Source of the DNA: Felis catus | Taxonomy: Eukaryota | Direction of reading: 5' to 3' | DNA length: 64,000 nt | NCBI RefSeq assembly: GCF_018350175.1 | Contig: NC_058368.1 | Coordinates: 151,034,001 to 151,098,000, forward strand | Shown: piece after piece, positions 12,121 through 26,215 of the stretch | How the letters are laid out: every line of letters begins with the position of its first letter | Numbering within the stretch: the first letter of the stretch is position 1 | Translations under genes and position numbers: made by a program | Notes under the pieces: generated by a model | The model's input: only the letters and a program-made list of their open reading frames with translations | Databases searched by the model: none | What the model was told of the DNA's origin: nothing

Positions 12121-12741
12121 AAAGATGATGCAATTCGTCATAGGTCTAGGGAAAAAAATGTTCATTTGCTTTGTTGTCTCACATATTCTATTGCATCAAG
12201 GAAACGTTTATACTCTCACATAAAATAATACTCAAAAACCACTATCTAGGAGCATAAAATAACTTTCATGTGTTGAGCCTTTTCTGCCTTTCTCCTTCAT
12301 CAACCAAATTTAGCTCTTTCTTCTAGTCTTTCAGGGTCCTACCTTTTCCCTTCCAAGGCAATGATTAGATCACATGGTAAAATGAACCCATGCTCATGTA
12401 CTGATGATTATAAATGTGTGAATGTCCAAATCTCAGGCCACAGTCCCTTCATGTGCCCTAGTTCACATGTAAATTCTGATGAGTGTATTTGCAGGGGATG
12501 CACTCACTCTTCTTTTCTAACTTCAAGTCATGGCTGCATAATCACACCAAATAGGCTCAAGTTTTAAATTCTGGCCAGTCTTCATGCTTAAACTCATCAG
12601 TGCAATGATGAAGAAAGCCCAGGAAAGAACATACCTGTCTGGAACATAAGACTTTTGAGTAAAAAAAATGGCAAAGACAAAAATAGAATTTAGAAACTGG
12701 TTTAGAAGATCAGTTTCTAACTTTTAAGCATTAATTTTTAA

Positions 12742-12749
12742 TGCAAATT

Positions 12750-12788
<39 letters not shown>

Positions 12789-13705
12789 TTGTCAAGTTAG
12801 CTAACATACAGTGCAGTCTTGGCTTTGGGAGTAGATTCCCATGATTCATCACTTACATACAACACCCAGTGCTCATCCTAACAAGTGTCCTCCTCAATGC
12901 CCATCACCCACTTTCCTGTGTTTCCTCCCCTCTCTCACCAACCCTCAGTTTTTTCTCTGTATTTAAGAGTCTCTATGGTTTGCCTCCCTCCCTCTCTGTA
13001 ACTATTTTTTCCCCTTCCTTTCCCTCATGGTCTTCTCTTAAGTTTCTCAAATTCCACATATGAATGAAGTCATGATATGTCTTTCTCTGACTGACTTACT
13101 TTACTTAGCATAATACCCTCCAGTTCCATCCATGTTGTTGCAAGTGGCAAGATTTCATTCTTTTTCATTGTGGAGTAATACTCCATTGTATATATGTATA
13201 CCACATCTTCTTTATCCATTCATCATTCAATGGACATTTGGGCTCTTTCCATAATTTGGCTATTGTTGAAAGTGCTGCTATAAATATTGGGGATGCATGT
13301 GCCCCTGTGAATCAGCACTCCTATATCTTCTGGATAAATTCCCAGTAGTGCTATTGATGATCATAGGGTAGTTCTATTTTTAATAATTTGAGGAACCTTC
13401 ACACCGTTTTCCAGAGTGGCTGCACCAGTTTGCATTCCCACCAACAGTGCAAGAGGGTTCCCCATTTTGCCACATCCTCACCAGCATCTGTAGTTTCCTG
13501 AGTTGTTCATTTTAGCCACTCTGACTGGTGTAAGGTGGTATCTCAGTGTGGTTTTGGTTTCTATTTCCCTGATGATGAGTGATGTTGAGCATCTTTTCAT
13601 GTGTCTGTTGGCCATCTGGATGTCTTCTGCCCATTTCTTCACTGGATTATTCGTTTTTTGGGTGTTGAGTTTGCTAAGTTCTTTACAGATTTTGGATACT
13701 AACCC
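12742..13705 (-). mobile_element. 5'-truncated carnivore L1 (end of ORF2 plus 3'UTR)
   Basis: Minus-strand peptide [36 protein letters not shown] is L1 ORF2 C-terminus; (TTTA)n tail at ~12750-12790. Confidence 0.92.
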
Positions 13706-13951
13706 ACACATTAAATTTTAAAGAGCATTCAATCACAATTTAATTGGACTTGGGTTAAAAAGAAGACTCCTCTCTTCCTATGTTAAAACCATACTCACCC
13801 TTCTGTCCCTAGAGACTTTGCCTTTGTTATTCTCCACACTGGATACTTCTCCCGGAAATTAACATGGCTCCAGCTTTCTGAATGCATTCTCAGGTAGCAT
13901 TTCCAGGCAAACTCTACTACCCTACCAGTCTTTCTCTGCCTTCTTCTCTTT

Positions 13952-14166
13952 AAAAAAAAATCTTTTTAATGTTCATTTACTTTTGAGAGACACAGACACA
14001 GAATGCAAGTGGGATGGGGCAGAGAGAGGGAGACACGGAATCTGAAACAGGTTCCAGGTTCTGAGCTGTCAGCACAGAGCCTGATGCGGGGCTCAAACTC
14101 ATGAGCTGTGAGATCATGACCTGAGCCGGAGTCGGACGCTTAACCACTGAGCCACCCAGGCACCCC
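13952..14166 (-). mobile_element. Can-SINE (SINEC_Fc-like)
   Basis: Ends gagccacccaggcacccc; TSD tgcctt(c/a)ttctcttt on both sides. Confidence 0.93.
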
Positions 14167-15071
14167 TGCCTTATTCTCTTTTTAAAATAGAACCCATAGC
14201 ATTCTGAACAAAAACATGTTCTATATTGGTTGACAACTTTTTTTGTCTGGTTCCCTTTACAAGGATATAAACTCCAAGAGGTCAGAGATTTTGCCCCCCT
14301 TACTCACCACATGACACATGGTAACTCAGTGAATATTAAGTAAATTATGAAATATATCTGTTTGTAATATAGATCATCTTTTGGACATCTCTATCATTAT
14401 CCATCTTTCGCTATAATATCTACGCAAAAGTACCTGCTCTAATTTGCTAATTGAAAATATAAGGTATTTCCATATTGGGAACTAAAATGGTGTGGGGGAA
14501 GGCAGAACCTGGTTTAGAAATTAATGCAGAGGAGTAGGTGCTTGGAAAAAATACTTGCTATGTATGCCATGTCTCCGGAAGCAATTTTCTAGAGGCTAGC
14601 GATCATGTGTATAGACTATACAAAAATATCAGGAATATATTAACCATTAAATACTTGCATTCATTTATTCATTAATTCAGTAAACATCCATAGAATGGCT
14701 ACTCTATGGCTGGTGCTCTGCATGTAAAGACAGTTGACATGGTTCCTTCCTGAGGTTAGAGCAACATGCTGCTGGTCACCATCCTTTTAGGCAAAACTGC
14801 CAAGTCAGGGAAAACTAACTGTATTGCATCTAATCCTTTCTTCATTTGCATTCACTTCCTTCCCCTTCTTAGGACACCCTTTGTATCAGGCTCTCCTTGT
14901 TCTTTAATCATTTGTAGAAAAATATCTGAAAAAGTTTCATACTAAACTGTAAAGGACCTACATTTCTGTCTCCTAGGGATATTTACATTGTATCCAATTA
15001 CAAAGTAAACAAAATAGAACACCTCTTTAATTGTGGACTTTCTAAACCAGAACAGAGGGAAAATTGTTTAA

Positions 15072-15282
15072 ATTTTTTAATGTCTATTTATTTTTGAGAG
15101 AGAGAGAGAGAGAGAGAGGAGCAGGGGAGGGACACAGAGAGAGGGAGACACAGAATCCAAAGCAGGTCCCAGGCTCTGAACTGTGAGCACAGAGCCCGAT
15201 GCACGGCTTAAACTCATGAACTGTAAGATCATGACCTGAGCAGAAGTCAGACACCCAACTGAATGAGCCACCCAGGTGCCCC
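15072..15282 (-). mobile_element. Can-SINE
   Basis: tRNA-like head, (GA)n linker, T-rich tail on + strand. Confidence 0.93.
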
Positions 15283-15665
15283 AAGAAAATTATTTTTAAA
15301 GTCAGTGTCTTCGAAATCACTCTACCTAGGATACTGCTTACTCTGCTTATTTGTAAACTTTGAGAACTTGACATTGAACAACAAAAGGATTTTTCTGCAA
15401 GATCTAACAGGTAAGACTGCATGGGTATTTCTATAACCAAGTAAAAGTTTCCGCAATGCTTTTAACACATGGAGGGAGGATATTTTTAGTGTATTTTCTT
15501 CTTTTTCTTCCCTTTTTCTCCTTTTCTTCCTCCCTTCCTCCTTTCTTCTCACCATTCTCTTCCTGATCCTTCTCCTCTTCCTTCTTTTTTTCCTTCTTCA
15601 TCCTTGATCTCTCTCTTCCCTAGAAATTCAGAAAACACAGGAAGTGTTGTAAAAAAGTTGCTTCT

Positions 15666-15889
15666 GGGGCGCCTGGGTGGCTCAGTTGGTTGAGCATCCG
15701 ACTTTGGCTCAGGTCACGATCTCGCGGTCCGTGAGTTCGAGCCCCGCGTCGGGCTCTGGGCTGATGGCTCAGAGCCTGGAGCCTACTTTAGATTCTGCGT
15801 CTCCCTCTCTCTCTGCCCTTCCCCCGTTCATGCTCTGTCTCTCTCTGTCTCAAAAATAAGTAAATGTTAAAATAAATAAATAAATAAAT
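15666..15889 (+). mobile_element. Can-SINE (young, CpG-rich)
   Basis: ggggcgcctgggtggctcag head; TSD aaaaaagttgcttct. Confidence 0.95.
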
Positions 15890-16125
15890 AAAAAAGTTGC
15901 TTCTGCAAAAACAACATCACCGCAAAAACATACGTATAAAAAGTGAAATGCTTTCTAAATATTTCTATACCTTGAGCAAAGATATTTTATGGAGAATTAA
16001 TAGCTAATTTTTACTAAATTAATTTGTGTTCATGTAATTAAAAATTTCATATAGACCCTTCATTGAGGACAATAAGAGGTATGGAAACACCACCCAAATA
16101 TATTTAAAATTATAACTTTGAGCCT

Positions 16126-16474
16126 TGTTTTAGCCCCTTCAGGCTGCTATAAGAAATTACCATAGACTATGTGGTTTATAAATAACAGAAATTTACTCCT
16201 CACAGTTCTGGAGGATGAGGAGCCCAAGATCAAGGCAGATTCAATGTCTTGTGAGAGCCCATTTTCTGGTTCATAGATTCTGGTCCTTTTGCTAGAAGGC
16301 AGAAGAGGCAAGGAATCTCTCTGGGGTCTCTCTCATATGAGCACTAACTTCATTCACGAGAGTTCTGCCTCATGAGCTCTTCACCTCCTGCAGGCTCCCT
16401 CCAAATTCCATTATGCTGAGGAATAGGTTTCAACATATGAATTCTGGGAGGATACAAACATTAGGACTGTAGCA
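16126..16474. mobile_element. MaLR solo LTR (MLT1A/B-like)
   Basis: Characteristic ggctgctataa..taccatagact..aacagaaattta..ctcacagttctggag and aggtttcaacatatgaattctgggag..acaaacatt. Confidence 0.75.
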
Positions 16475-16789
16475 GGCCTATTCCCCTTTTTCTTTAAATA
16501 ATAGCCCTCTTCCTTTGAGGGTCATATCCTGATACCTCTCCTTTGGGAAGATTGTTGATAGTAACTTCTTTGTTCCATTAATGTCTCTTCAATCTTTAAA
16601 TAGTATCTGTAACAACGCTCCTGATATATTTTATATTTTAGAACATGAGTTTGCAGAGAAACTGAATGAAACATCTTTCTGAGCACTGGGGTCAATATTC
16701 AGACAATGTCTTCCTCTAATTTGCCAAGCAGATTATCCCTTTGTATGTTTTCTTTCAAAGTCTTACATGCTATATACACAAAGCCTCTT

Positions 16790-17590
16790 AGGTGTCTGGA
16801 AACTTGGAGGTTATAAGCTCTTTGTTTTATTCAGACTTTGAAGATGAACAAGATGAACAAGCAGGCATAGGAGGGGGCTGGAGAGGGAGGGAGAGAAAGA
16901 TGCTCAGGCCTCAGCCAGCCTGACCAGGCAGTCAGAGGCAATGAAGAAATTGCCTGTGAGGGATAGGTAAGTCTGGGGGTCTATTCAGTTGCCGCCCTCT
17001 CCCCTTAGCCTGACTAGGAAACTGGTTAGTAACAACAGCAGGGCCTGTCCTAAGCCTAGGAACTTGAATTATTCATTAGTCAAACGTAAATTACCATTTA
17101 GAGGCAGGTGACACACATGTTTTCTCGAACAATTATTATCACTAATCATCATTTTCCACAGTAATTTGTGTGCTCTCATTATTAGCCCTTGATTTCTATG
17201 TAAATCCCTTTCATAAAACTGACACAAGATGGAAGTTTTTTTATTGGCTCTCTTTACCTCTTGATATGTTTCTTGGCATTTTTGCACCCCTCATCTGGCA
17301 CTTGATGGTTGGGTTTTCAGATTAGGCTGACTGTTGACATGCCCAAATAAAACATTCTTTCATTGAGCATATTGCATTTGTAGGGGAGGCCACCTTCTTT
17401 CACCTTCTGCCATATTGTACCCATATTTTTTTTATATAAATTGTCCAAACATTGACTCTCACATTTTCCCCTCTTTGATTTTCATTGTGCACCATATTTG
17501 ACACTTTAACTACTTTTACTAGTTGTCCATGCCTTGTCACAAAGACCGAAACTGACACAGGCTTTGCCTAAACACTTGCCTTGAATCAGT
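16790..17590 (-). mobile_element. Possible ERV LTR with adjacent polypurine tract
   Basis: Minus strand reads aaagaggggaaaa then TG at ~17463, with an AATAAA near 16826-16831; otherwise degenerate. Confidence 0.35.
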
Positions 17591-17974
17591 ACATTTGCCA
17601 TACGGACTTCCCCTTCAAATCCTGTAAAACATCTTGGATATTTTCCTGTTTCTTTCTTTTATTACAATTATGTGGGTTCTGGGACTTAATGACTTGCAAA
17701 GAATTATCATTCTTTGTAACATTTATTTCAAATCTCCTAGATTCAATTTTTAAATGAACTGCAGAAAGAGTTCTTGAATTAGCTAATTCATGACAGCATT
17801 GTCCCTTGGCTGACTCATGAAGGAATGATGGAGGTTTATAATTCCACTGGCTGGTAAAGCTCCACCCTGATGTGATATAATAGCTGAAATTCTTACCTTT
17901 AGAATGAACCTCATTACACTGATAAGGGGAGGGGCAGGCACCTAGAAAGGGTTGGTGCATTAATTCTCAGCATT

Positions 17975-18215
17975 TACAGGTTAAGGGTGATACGCTCAGA
18001 CTGCGTTATTCACGTTCTGGCTTCCCGATTTACCTACTGGGTGACTCTGGCAATTTACCGAACTACTCTGTGCCTCAATTTTTCCTACCTGTAGAAAACG
18101 TTTAACGATTGTGCCTACCTCACAAGACTGTTGTGAAGATTCACTGGGTTAACACACGTAAAGCACTTAGTTTCTGGCATACAATAAGCACTTGTATAGT
18201 GTCAGCTGTTATTAT
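17975..18215 (+). mobile_element. MIR
   Basis: ctctgtgcctcaatttt..ctgta..ctacctcaca..gttgtgaagatt..aagcacttag..agctgttattatt. Confidence 0.75.
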
Positions 18216-19524
18216 TTTGGTGGCATGAATTTGTTTCTTTGGACGTTAGAGGGAAATGGACACGCATGTGTTGGTTTTTATCCCCAGAAGTTGGGTAAGA
18301 ATGGCCTGACGCACAGCATTTCCTAAGGCCTAGGTGAGAATCTCCAAAAGAAAGTGCTATGTGGCCTCAACCTCATGATATCCTCACTGCCAAGTGCTTT
18401 GTGCCCTGCCCTTGACAAGTGTTCAGGACAAATGTTTTGACTAAACTCTCCCATGAAGCACTGCCTATTAAAGACTCTGAAGAGAGGGAGGTTTGGTGAA
18501 GGGTTTAGTGACTTTTACTAAAAGACATTTTGTGGCCTTAACGGAGCTATGCTTTTCATTGGAACCAATGCTGTAATTCCACATTATATATGGACATCTC
18601 CAGTTGACGTCCTACCCTAAAAAAGTACTGTCTCCCACTTCTGGCTTTTACTTCAAGGCTGGTTACCTCTTGCCTGCCACATTGTTTTTTTTTAATATAT
18701 TAAGCCTGTATTCCAGCTTCCTGTTGAGTCTCGTCCTTTTGGTCTGAAGACGTAATTGCAATGCTACTACACGGTCTTGATGGTGTCTTTACATAAAATA
18801 CAATTTTATTCCTCAAGAGAGAGAGGTAGCTGCAAGATTAGTGATGCAGAGAAGGTAAAGTGAGGGTTTTAACATCAAGACCTATCCAAACAGTTATCTG
18901 TGTCACCACACAATGCGTGTGCGCACACACACAGACTTCAGAAATACCGGCAGAGACAAACACAGCATAACATTCCACATTGTTATGGAGCTTCCAGAAA
19001 CACTAAGCCTAGGGACTCACTATTACATCATTGTACAATAGTGTCACAATATCCAGCCTGCCCCTCCTCCTTTTGACATTTCTTAAGAGGAAAGGGAGCT
19101 CCCGCTGCTCACCCAGGCACTGAAGGAGGGAAACATACATGAGATTTGCCCAGAGAGATTCACAAAGTGGGGTTAAAATAACTTCCCCACTTGGCACACT
19201 CATTATTTCTATGTAAAATAAACACAGCAGAAAAACATATCCTTCCAGGACTGCAGTGTTTCCCAGACCCCCTAAAATCATCACTGTCACAATTTAAAAT
19301 TCAATTCTAGCATTCTGAACTGAAAAAAACAAAACATAACACTGGAAGCAACTAGTTAGAAGAGATATATAAATACAATTCCAAACATGAGAAATAATAA
19401 TATAATCATTAATTTACAGCAGGTAAGTTTTCCTTAACTGATGCCTTTATTCTTGAAAAAAATGTTACTTATTTAATTGAAGCAAAAGAAAATAGCTTGT
19501 AGTATTTTTCACTAAAAAGCCTGC

Positions 19525-20352
19525 TTTTTTAAAAAAATATAATTTATTGTCAAATTGGCTAACATACAGTGTATAAAGTGTGCTCTTGGTTTTTGGAGTA
19601 GATTCCTGTGGTTCATTGTTTCCCTACAACACCCACTGCTCATCCCAACAAGTGCCCTTCTCAGTGCATATCACCCATTTTCCCCTCTCCCCACCCTCCC
19701 ATCCACCCTCAGTTTGTTGTCTGTGTTTAAGAGCCTCTTATGGTTTGCCTCCCTCCTTCTCTGTTTGTAACTATTTTTTTCCCTTCCCTTCCCTTCCTCT
19801 ATGGTCTTCTGTTAAGTTTCTCAAGACCTACATATGAGTGAAAACATATGATATCTGTCTTTCTCTGACTGACTTATTTCACTTAGCATAATACCTTCCA
19901 GTTCCATCCACGTTGTTGCAAATGGCATGATTTCATTCTTTCTCTTTGCCAAGTAGTATTGCATTGTGTATATAAACCACATCATCTTTATCCATTCATC
20001 AGTTGATGGACATTTGAGTTCTTTCCATCATTTGGCTATTGTTGAAAGCTCTGCTATAAACATTGGGGTACATGTGCCCCTTTGAATCAGCACTCCTGTA
20101 TCCCTTGGATAAATTCCTAGCAGTGCTATTGGTGGGTCATAGATTAGATCTATTTTTAATTTTTTGAGGAACCTCCACACTGTTTTCCAGAGCTGCTGCA
20201 CCAGTTTGCATTCCCACCAACAGTGCAAGAGGGTTCCTGTTTCTCCACGTCCTCCCAAGCATCTGTAGTTTCCTGAGTTGTTCATTTTAGCCACTCTGAC
20301 TGGTGTAAGGTGGTATCTCAGTGTGCTTTTGACTTGTATTTCCTTGATGATA
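19525..20352 (-). mobile_element. 5'-truncated carnivore L1
   Basis: ORF2 C-terminal remnant [28 protein letters not shown]; closely similar to the 12742-13705 copy. Confidence 0.93.
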
Positions 20353-20991
20353 AGTTTTTTGTAGTTATCATGTTGCCTTTCTCATTTAGTTTTGTAGTAC
20401 TATATATTTTAACTTTATCTAGAGATCCACTTTGATTATACTGCTTATGTTATAATCCACGTGTTACTACTCCTGTCACCAAACCACTTGGTTCAGCTGG
20501 CAGAGGATGGGAGTACACAAGCCAAGATATTTGGTTGGATTTCTGTCCATTAGGGACTGGTTGCCTTGGCTCTTTGCCACAGCAACAGATGATATTTTCA
20601 ACTCTTAAGGACATTCTAGTTTCAAATTACTTTGAAAACAGGGCTTATACTTTAGAAAAATTATTTTATTATCCAAAGCACCTAAAATACCACTGGTCTG
20701 AACCCAGGATTTAATAACTGTTTGCTTAGTGAAGGGAAAAACAAAGAGAATATCACAGCCATCTTTCACTTGTGTCCTTTGGTCACAAATGACTGAAAAG
20801 ACTATCCTTCCTTGCTCAGTCACCATCTTCCTCAATGAAGAAAAACACATTGTCAAAGTCTAAATGAATTTACATGCTTGGTTACTTGAGAACTTTGTAC
20901 ATGTTTTATCAAACTTGTCATTATATTGGTCCTATTTCCTGAATATATGTATTTTATAATGGAAAGATGAGAAATTCATCAGCTCACTATT

Positions 20992-22360
20992 CAAAATATG
21001 ATCAACTGATCTTTGACAAAGCAGGAATGAATGTTCGATGGAAAAAGTCTCTTCAGCATATCGTGTTGGGAAAACTGGACAGCACCATGCAGAAGAATGA
21101 AACTGGACAGCTTTCTTACGTCATATACAAACCTAAATTCAAAATGGATGAAACACCTAAATGTGAGACAGGAAACCATCAAAATCCTAGAGGATAACAC
21201 AGGCAGCAACCTATTCAACCTCGGTTGTAGCAACTTCTTACTAGATGTGTCACCAGAGGCAAGGAAAATGAAAGCAAACATGAACTATTGAGACTTAATC
21301 AAGATAAAAAGCTTCTGCACAGTGAAGGAAACAATCAATAAAACTAAAAGGAAACCTATGGAATGGGGAAGATATTTGCAAACGATATATATGATAATCC
21401 AAAATCTATAAAGTACTTTCAAACTCAACACCCAAAAAAACAAGTAACCCAGTTACGAAATGGGCAGAAGACATGAACAGACACTTTTCCAAGGAAGACC
21501 TCCAGATGGCTAACAGATTCATGAAAAGATGCTCAATATCACTTATCATCAGGGAAATGCAAATTAAAACCACAATGAGATACCACCTCACACCTGTCAG
21601 AATGGCTAAAATTAACAACACAAGACACTACAGGTGTTGGCAAGAATGCAGAGAAAGGGGACTCTTGTGCACTGTTCATAGGAATGCACACTGGTGCTGC
21701 CACCCTGGAAAACAGTATGGAGGTTCTTCAAAAAACTAAAAATAGAACTACCCTGTGATCCAGAAATTGCACTATTAGGTATTTACCCAAATGGTACAAA
21801 GATACAATTTCAAAAGGGTACAAGCACCCCAATGTTTATAGCAGCACTATCAACAATAGCCAAATAATAGAAAGAATCCAAATGTCCATTGATTGATGAA
21901 TGGATAAAGAAGGTGTGGTATATATACACAATGGAATTTTATTCAACCATCAAAAGGAACAAAATCTTGCCATTTGCAATGATGTGGATGGAGCTAGAAT
22001 GTATTTTGCTAAGTGAAATAAGTCAACCAGAGAAAGACAAATACCATATGATTTCACTCATATGTGTAATTTAAGAAACTGAACAGAGGAACATATGGGA
22101 AAGGTAGGAAAAAAAAAAAACAAAGAGAGGGAAACAAACCCCAAGAGACTCTTAATAATAGAGAACAAATTGAGGGCTGATGGAGAGAGGTGGGCTGGGA
22201 AATGGGCTAGATGGGTGATGGATACTAAGGAGGGCACTTGTTGTGATGAGCACTGGGTGTTGTGTATAAGTGATGAATCACTGAATTCTACTCCTGAAAC
22301 GAATATTGCACTGCATGTTAACTAACTAAAATTTAAAGAAAGAGAAAAAGAAAAAAAATA
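20992..22360 (+). mobile_element. 5'-truncated carnivore L1
   Basis: ORF2 remnants [34 protein letters not shown]; 3'UTR and A-rich tail. Confidence 0.93.
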
Positions 22361-22739
22361 AGGTAAAAAAAATTCCTTAAAATTCACTATTGCGGGATGT
22401 TGATCTGTGGGAAAAAATGCAAAAGAACATGATGACGTATAATTGTTTCTTCCTCTTATTCTTACTTCGTCTTCACATTTCTTTGGCATGATAGTGTGCA
22501 AAATTATAAGCTGTCTACATAGTACCTGGTTTTTCAATTTAAGATTATTGAAGATTCAAACTTGCTTTGATTAAGTTTCTTTTTAGCCAACTTAAAGAAC
22601 TCTGACTTCTTTCTGCTTATAGATGTAACTTCTTGCTGGTATAGCAGACTTACATTATTAAATTAGCTAGAATTCTTTCAGATAAGTCAAGTCTCCAGAG
22701 GGGTTTAGGTAAAACAAGATACAATATACAGGAGACTCA

Positions 22740-22854
22740 GGGGAGCCTGGCTGGCTCAGTTGGTAGAGTGATGCAACTCTTCATCTTGGGGTAGTGAGTT
22801 CAAGTCCCACATTGGATGTAACGATTCCTTAAAGATAAAAATCTTAAAAAAAAA
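22740..22854 (+). mobile_element. Short Can-SINE (older subfamily)
   Basis: ggggagcctggctggctcagttggtagag..gagttcaagtcccac..A tail. Confidence 0.8.
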
Positions 22855-23147
22855 GCATACTGGATTTGTACATAAAATGCAATCCCTGGTGTCTAAATGA
22901 TTTAGGTTACAAGTATAGTGGTAGTAAGGAGGAAATTGTTTCTGTGGAATTATGAGTGTGGAAGTATGAGTGGAGAAACTAGATGTCACAAAGACATAAA
23001 AATTATATAACCCTTAAATACCTCTGTATAATAAAGTTTATTTGGAAATTCTGCATAAATTAACTAGGAATGGGTCACTCTTAGCCACTCAAATAATGGA
23101 TATGAGAAATTATACTAACAGTGCATTTATAAGAATACAAGATTACA

Positions 23148-23379
23148 GTGGTGCCTGGGTGGCTCAGTCAGTTGCGCGACCGACTTCGGCTCAGGTCATG
23201 ATCTCACAGTTTGTGGGTTCGAGCCCCACGTCAGGCTCTGTGCTGACAGCTAGGAGCCTGGATCTTGCTTCGGATTTTGTGTGTGTCTCTCTCTCTCTCT
23301 CTCTGCCCCTTCCCCCCTTATGCTCTGTTTCTGTCTCAAAAATAAATAAACATTAAAAAAAAATTTTTTTAAAGAAAAA
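23148..23379 (+). mobile_element. Can-SINE
   Basis: TSD aagaatacaagatta. Confidence 0.93.
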
Positions 23380-23437
23380 AAGAATACAAGATTATAAATA
23401 TAATGGGAGAATGTGATGGTATTTCTCCTTAAAAATT

Positions 23438-23654
23438 AAAAAAAAATTAAGTTTTACTTATTTATTTATTTTTGAGAGACAGACACAGGAAACAAGGGAG
23501 GGGCAGAAAGAGAAGGACACAGAGAGAATTCCAAGCAGGTTCTGCACTGTCAGTACAGACCCAGATGCGGGTCTAGAACTCACAAACCATGAGATCATGA
23601 CCTGAGCCAAAACCAACAGCCGGACTATTAACCGACTGAGCCACCCTGGCTCCC
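23438..23654 (-). mobile_element. Can-SINE
   Basis: TSD ttctccttaaaaatt. Confidence 0.9.
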
Positions 23655-23821
23655 TTCTCCTTAAAAATTTTAATTTAATTTTACTTCTATGCATATAAAA
23701 ATAAAACTGTTCTATTAGAAATCATTCATTTTGAGCATTAATTATGTTAGTGTACTCTTTATTTGAACTTAAGTCCTTATGTTTCAAAGAGTTTGTTAGA
23801 GGCAGAAAATATTATCATCTT

Positions 23822-23949
23822 TTTGTTATTTGTTTATTTATTTATTTAATTTTTTTTTAAAGGCAGCTATATGCCCAACATGGGGCTTGAACTCACAACC
23901 CCAACATCAAGAGTCTCCTGCTCTACCGACTGAGCCAGCCCAGTGCTCC
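23822..23949 (-). mobile_element. Short Can-SINE
   Basis: ggggcttgaactcacaacc..ctctaccgactgagccagcc; TSD tatcatctt. Confidence 0.8.
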
Positions 23950-24831
23950 TATCATCTTCTTAAAATTATTTTTTAGTTTTGAATATAAAATATTTCAAAT
24001 GTACAAAAAATGCAAACAAAATAACAGATCCTTATAACCACCATCATATATGAAAGATCTTAATTTTTTGTTTAATTTCTCTTTTTTTAAGAAAAGAAAA
24101 CAAAATTACAAATTAGCTGTCCCTCCATCTACTAATGCTTTTTCCTTGCCTTTCTTTCCAGAAGTAACCACTATCCAGCAGTTAGTGTATATTTCTTCTG
24201 TGCATCGTGAAAATCTTTTACTACATATTTATATTTCCAGAAATATGCTTTTTTCTCCAAAAATTATGTTTTTAAGATTTTTCCATGCTGATCCATGCAA
24301 ACTATCCATCAGTAGAGGGAATTAAAAATTGCCATTTGTTCTTACAGGAAATGGTATTAGGAGTTAAAATGAATAAACTAGATCTGCATGTACAAACATA
24401 TAAAGTATTCTTACCTAGTTTAAATAACTAAAAAGTTATGGAATAGTTTGTTACTCATATCACTTGTTCCCTAATTCAATAATTATTTCTCGAGAGGTGA
24501 TTCTATGTCAAGTACCTGTTTAGCAGTTTAGGATGTCACAGTGAACAAAACAGATAAAGCCCCGATTTGGCTAGGTTGCCACGTGGAGGATGTACCAGTT
24601 AGGTCAGCCTGGGGTTGGTATTAGGGGAAAGAAAGTAGTATCGTACCCGGTAATGGTCAGGGTGGAATTCTAAATTGCCCAAATAGGTATCCTATAGCCT
24701 CTCAAATTGTTCTGGTCATTATCCAAGAGTCAGCCAGAACAAGATGAAAACTTTCTGTGAGCAGCTCGATCACACTGGCTGACTAACGTATAATGAAGTG
24801 AATGTGATGGAGTCAGAAATCTATTTGGGTT

Positions 24832-25046
24832 GGGGCACCTGGGTGGTGCAGTCGGTTAAGCATCCGAGTCTTGATCTTGGCTGAGGCCAAGGTCTCACCG
24901 TTTGTGAGTTCAAGCCCCACATCGGGCTCTGCACTGATGTTGCAGTGTCTACTTGGGATTCTGTCTCTATATCTTTCTGACCCTCCCAAACTTATGCTCT
25001 CTCTCTTTCTATCTCAAAATAAACTTAAAAAAATAAAAGTTTTTTT
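24832..25046 (+). mobile_element. Can-SINE
   Basis: TSD agaaatct(a/t)tttgggtt. Confidence 0.9.
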
Positions 25047-25320
25047 AGAAATCTTTTTGGGTTGACTTTTGAAAAGCCTTTACAAACCAAATGTTTGTGA
25101 ATGGTTAGGTGCATGGACTAGCCATTGAATACTTGGACCCTTGGCCCCATTGCTGAGTGACCTTAATTTAAAAACTATGAATAATTAATTTAAGCTTTAA
25201 TGTTTAGTTAATTACTCTTAGTGGCTGGTTCCAGATAAGGAAAACTTTCATTTACTGCGTCCAGTTGCTTTCTGGAACCTTTCATCTCAGTTGGAGGTAT
25301 ATTTATTTTTCACTAAGATG

Positions 25321-25325
<5 letters not shown>

Positions 25326-25361
<36 letters not shown>
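25326..25361. repeat. (TA)n microsatellite
   Basis: Direct reading. Confidence 0.95.
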
Positions 25362-25368
<7 letters not shown>

Positions 25369-26215
25369 GTTCACTAAACTAATCAAGTAAATACTGAGTG
25401 CCTGATTGATGTGTATATATATACTCAAATACACATCCATGACATATATACATACACATATACATTTATATACTCACATTCATAATATGTGCACATATAA
25501 TTGTGTATAAAAACGATATAAATGTGTATTTGTATTTACCCAGTTATATGTATAAGGATTTTTCAAATAGCACAACACCAACACTGGAGACTTTTTTAAT
25601 CTATATGACAGTTTATAATAAGATGAAAGTTGGTGGTTTTGTATTTCTGTGGGATCCTTGCTTGCTCACCGTTTTCCACATGTGCACTTTTACAGTGCAC
25701 TTTTTCCACATCCTCTTTTTCAGTATGAAGGAACACTGGGAAGTAATACAAGAATCATTCTTTGATGTTACCCAGGAAAAACAGAGCAGGAAGCCAGTGA
25801 CCTTATAATTTAGGTCCAAATACCTACTTTGCAGAATGCAGATTTCTTATGCCTCTGCTTGCCCTCCAACAAGGACAGGCTGCCTGGGTGTGTGCAGCTC
25901 TGTGGTGGAGACAGACCGAGGAGGGTGAGCAAAGGCCTGGGTGGGGAATATTTGCTCTCATAGAGTTTATATTCTTAGAAAGATATTCACGGAGATCAAA
26001 TCAAGGCCTGTTTTCTGTTATTTTATTGTATCATTCTGATTCATGTGCATGAACTATTTCTACATTATTTATGTGTGTGTATATGCAGGTGTGTTTCTGT
26101 GTGTGTAAATCCTGAATGTTAATCAGTTATACATATGAATTTGGTTAAATGCATAAAAACAAATAGCCCCTAATACTTTATGAAAAATATTTTATGTTTT
26201 CATGTTGTAGGATCT

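Noticed and set aside
15666..15745. tRNA gene (A and B boxes)
   Set aside because: tRNA-derived head of a Can-SINE with (CT)n linker, A tail and TSD; same for the other SINE heads.
20967..22074. L1 ORF2-like peptides as a gene
   Set aside because: Frameshifted, 5'-truncated L1 fossil.
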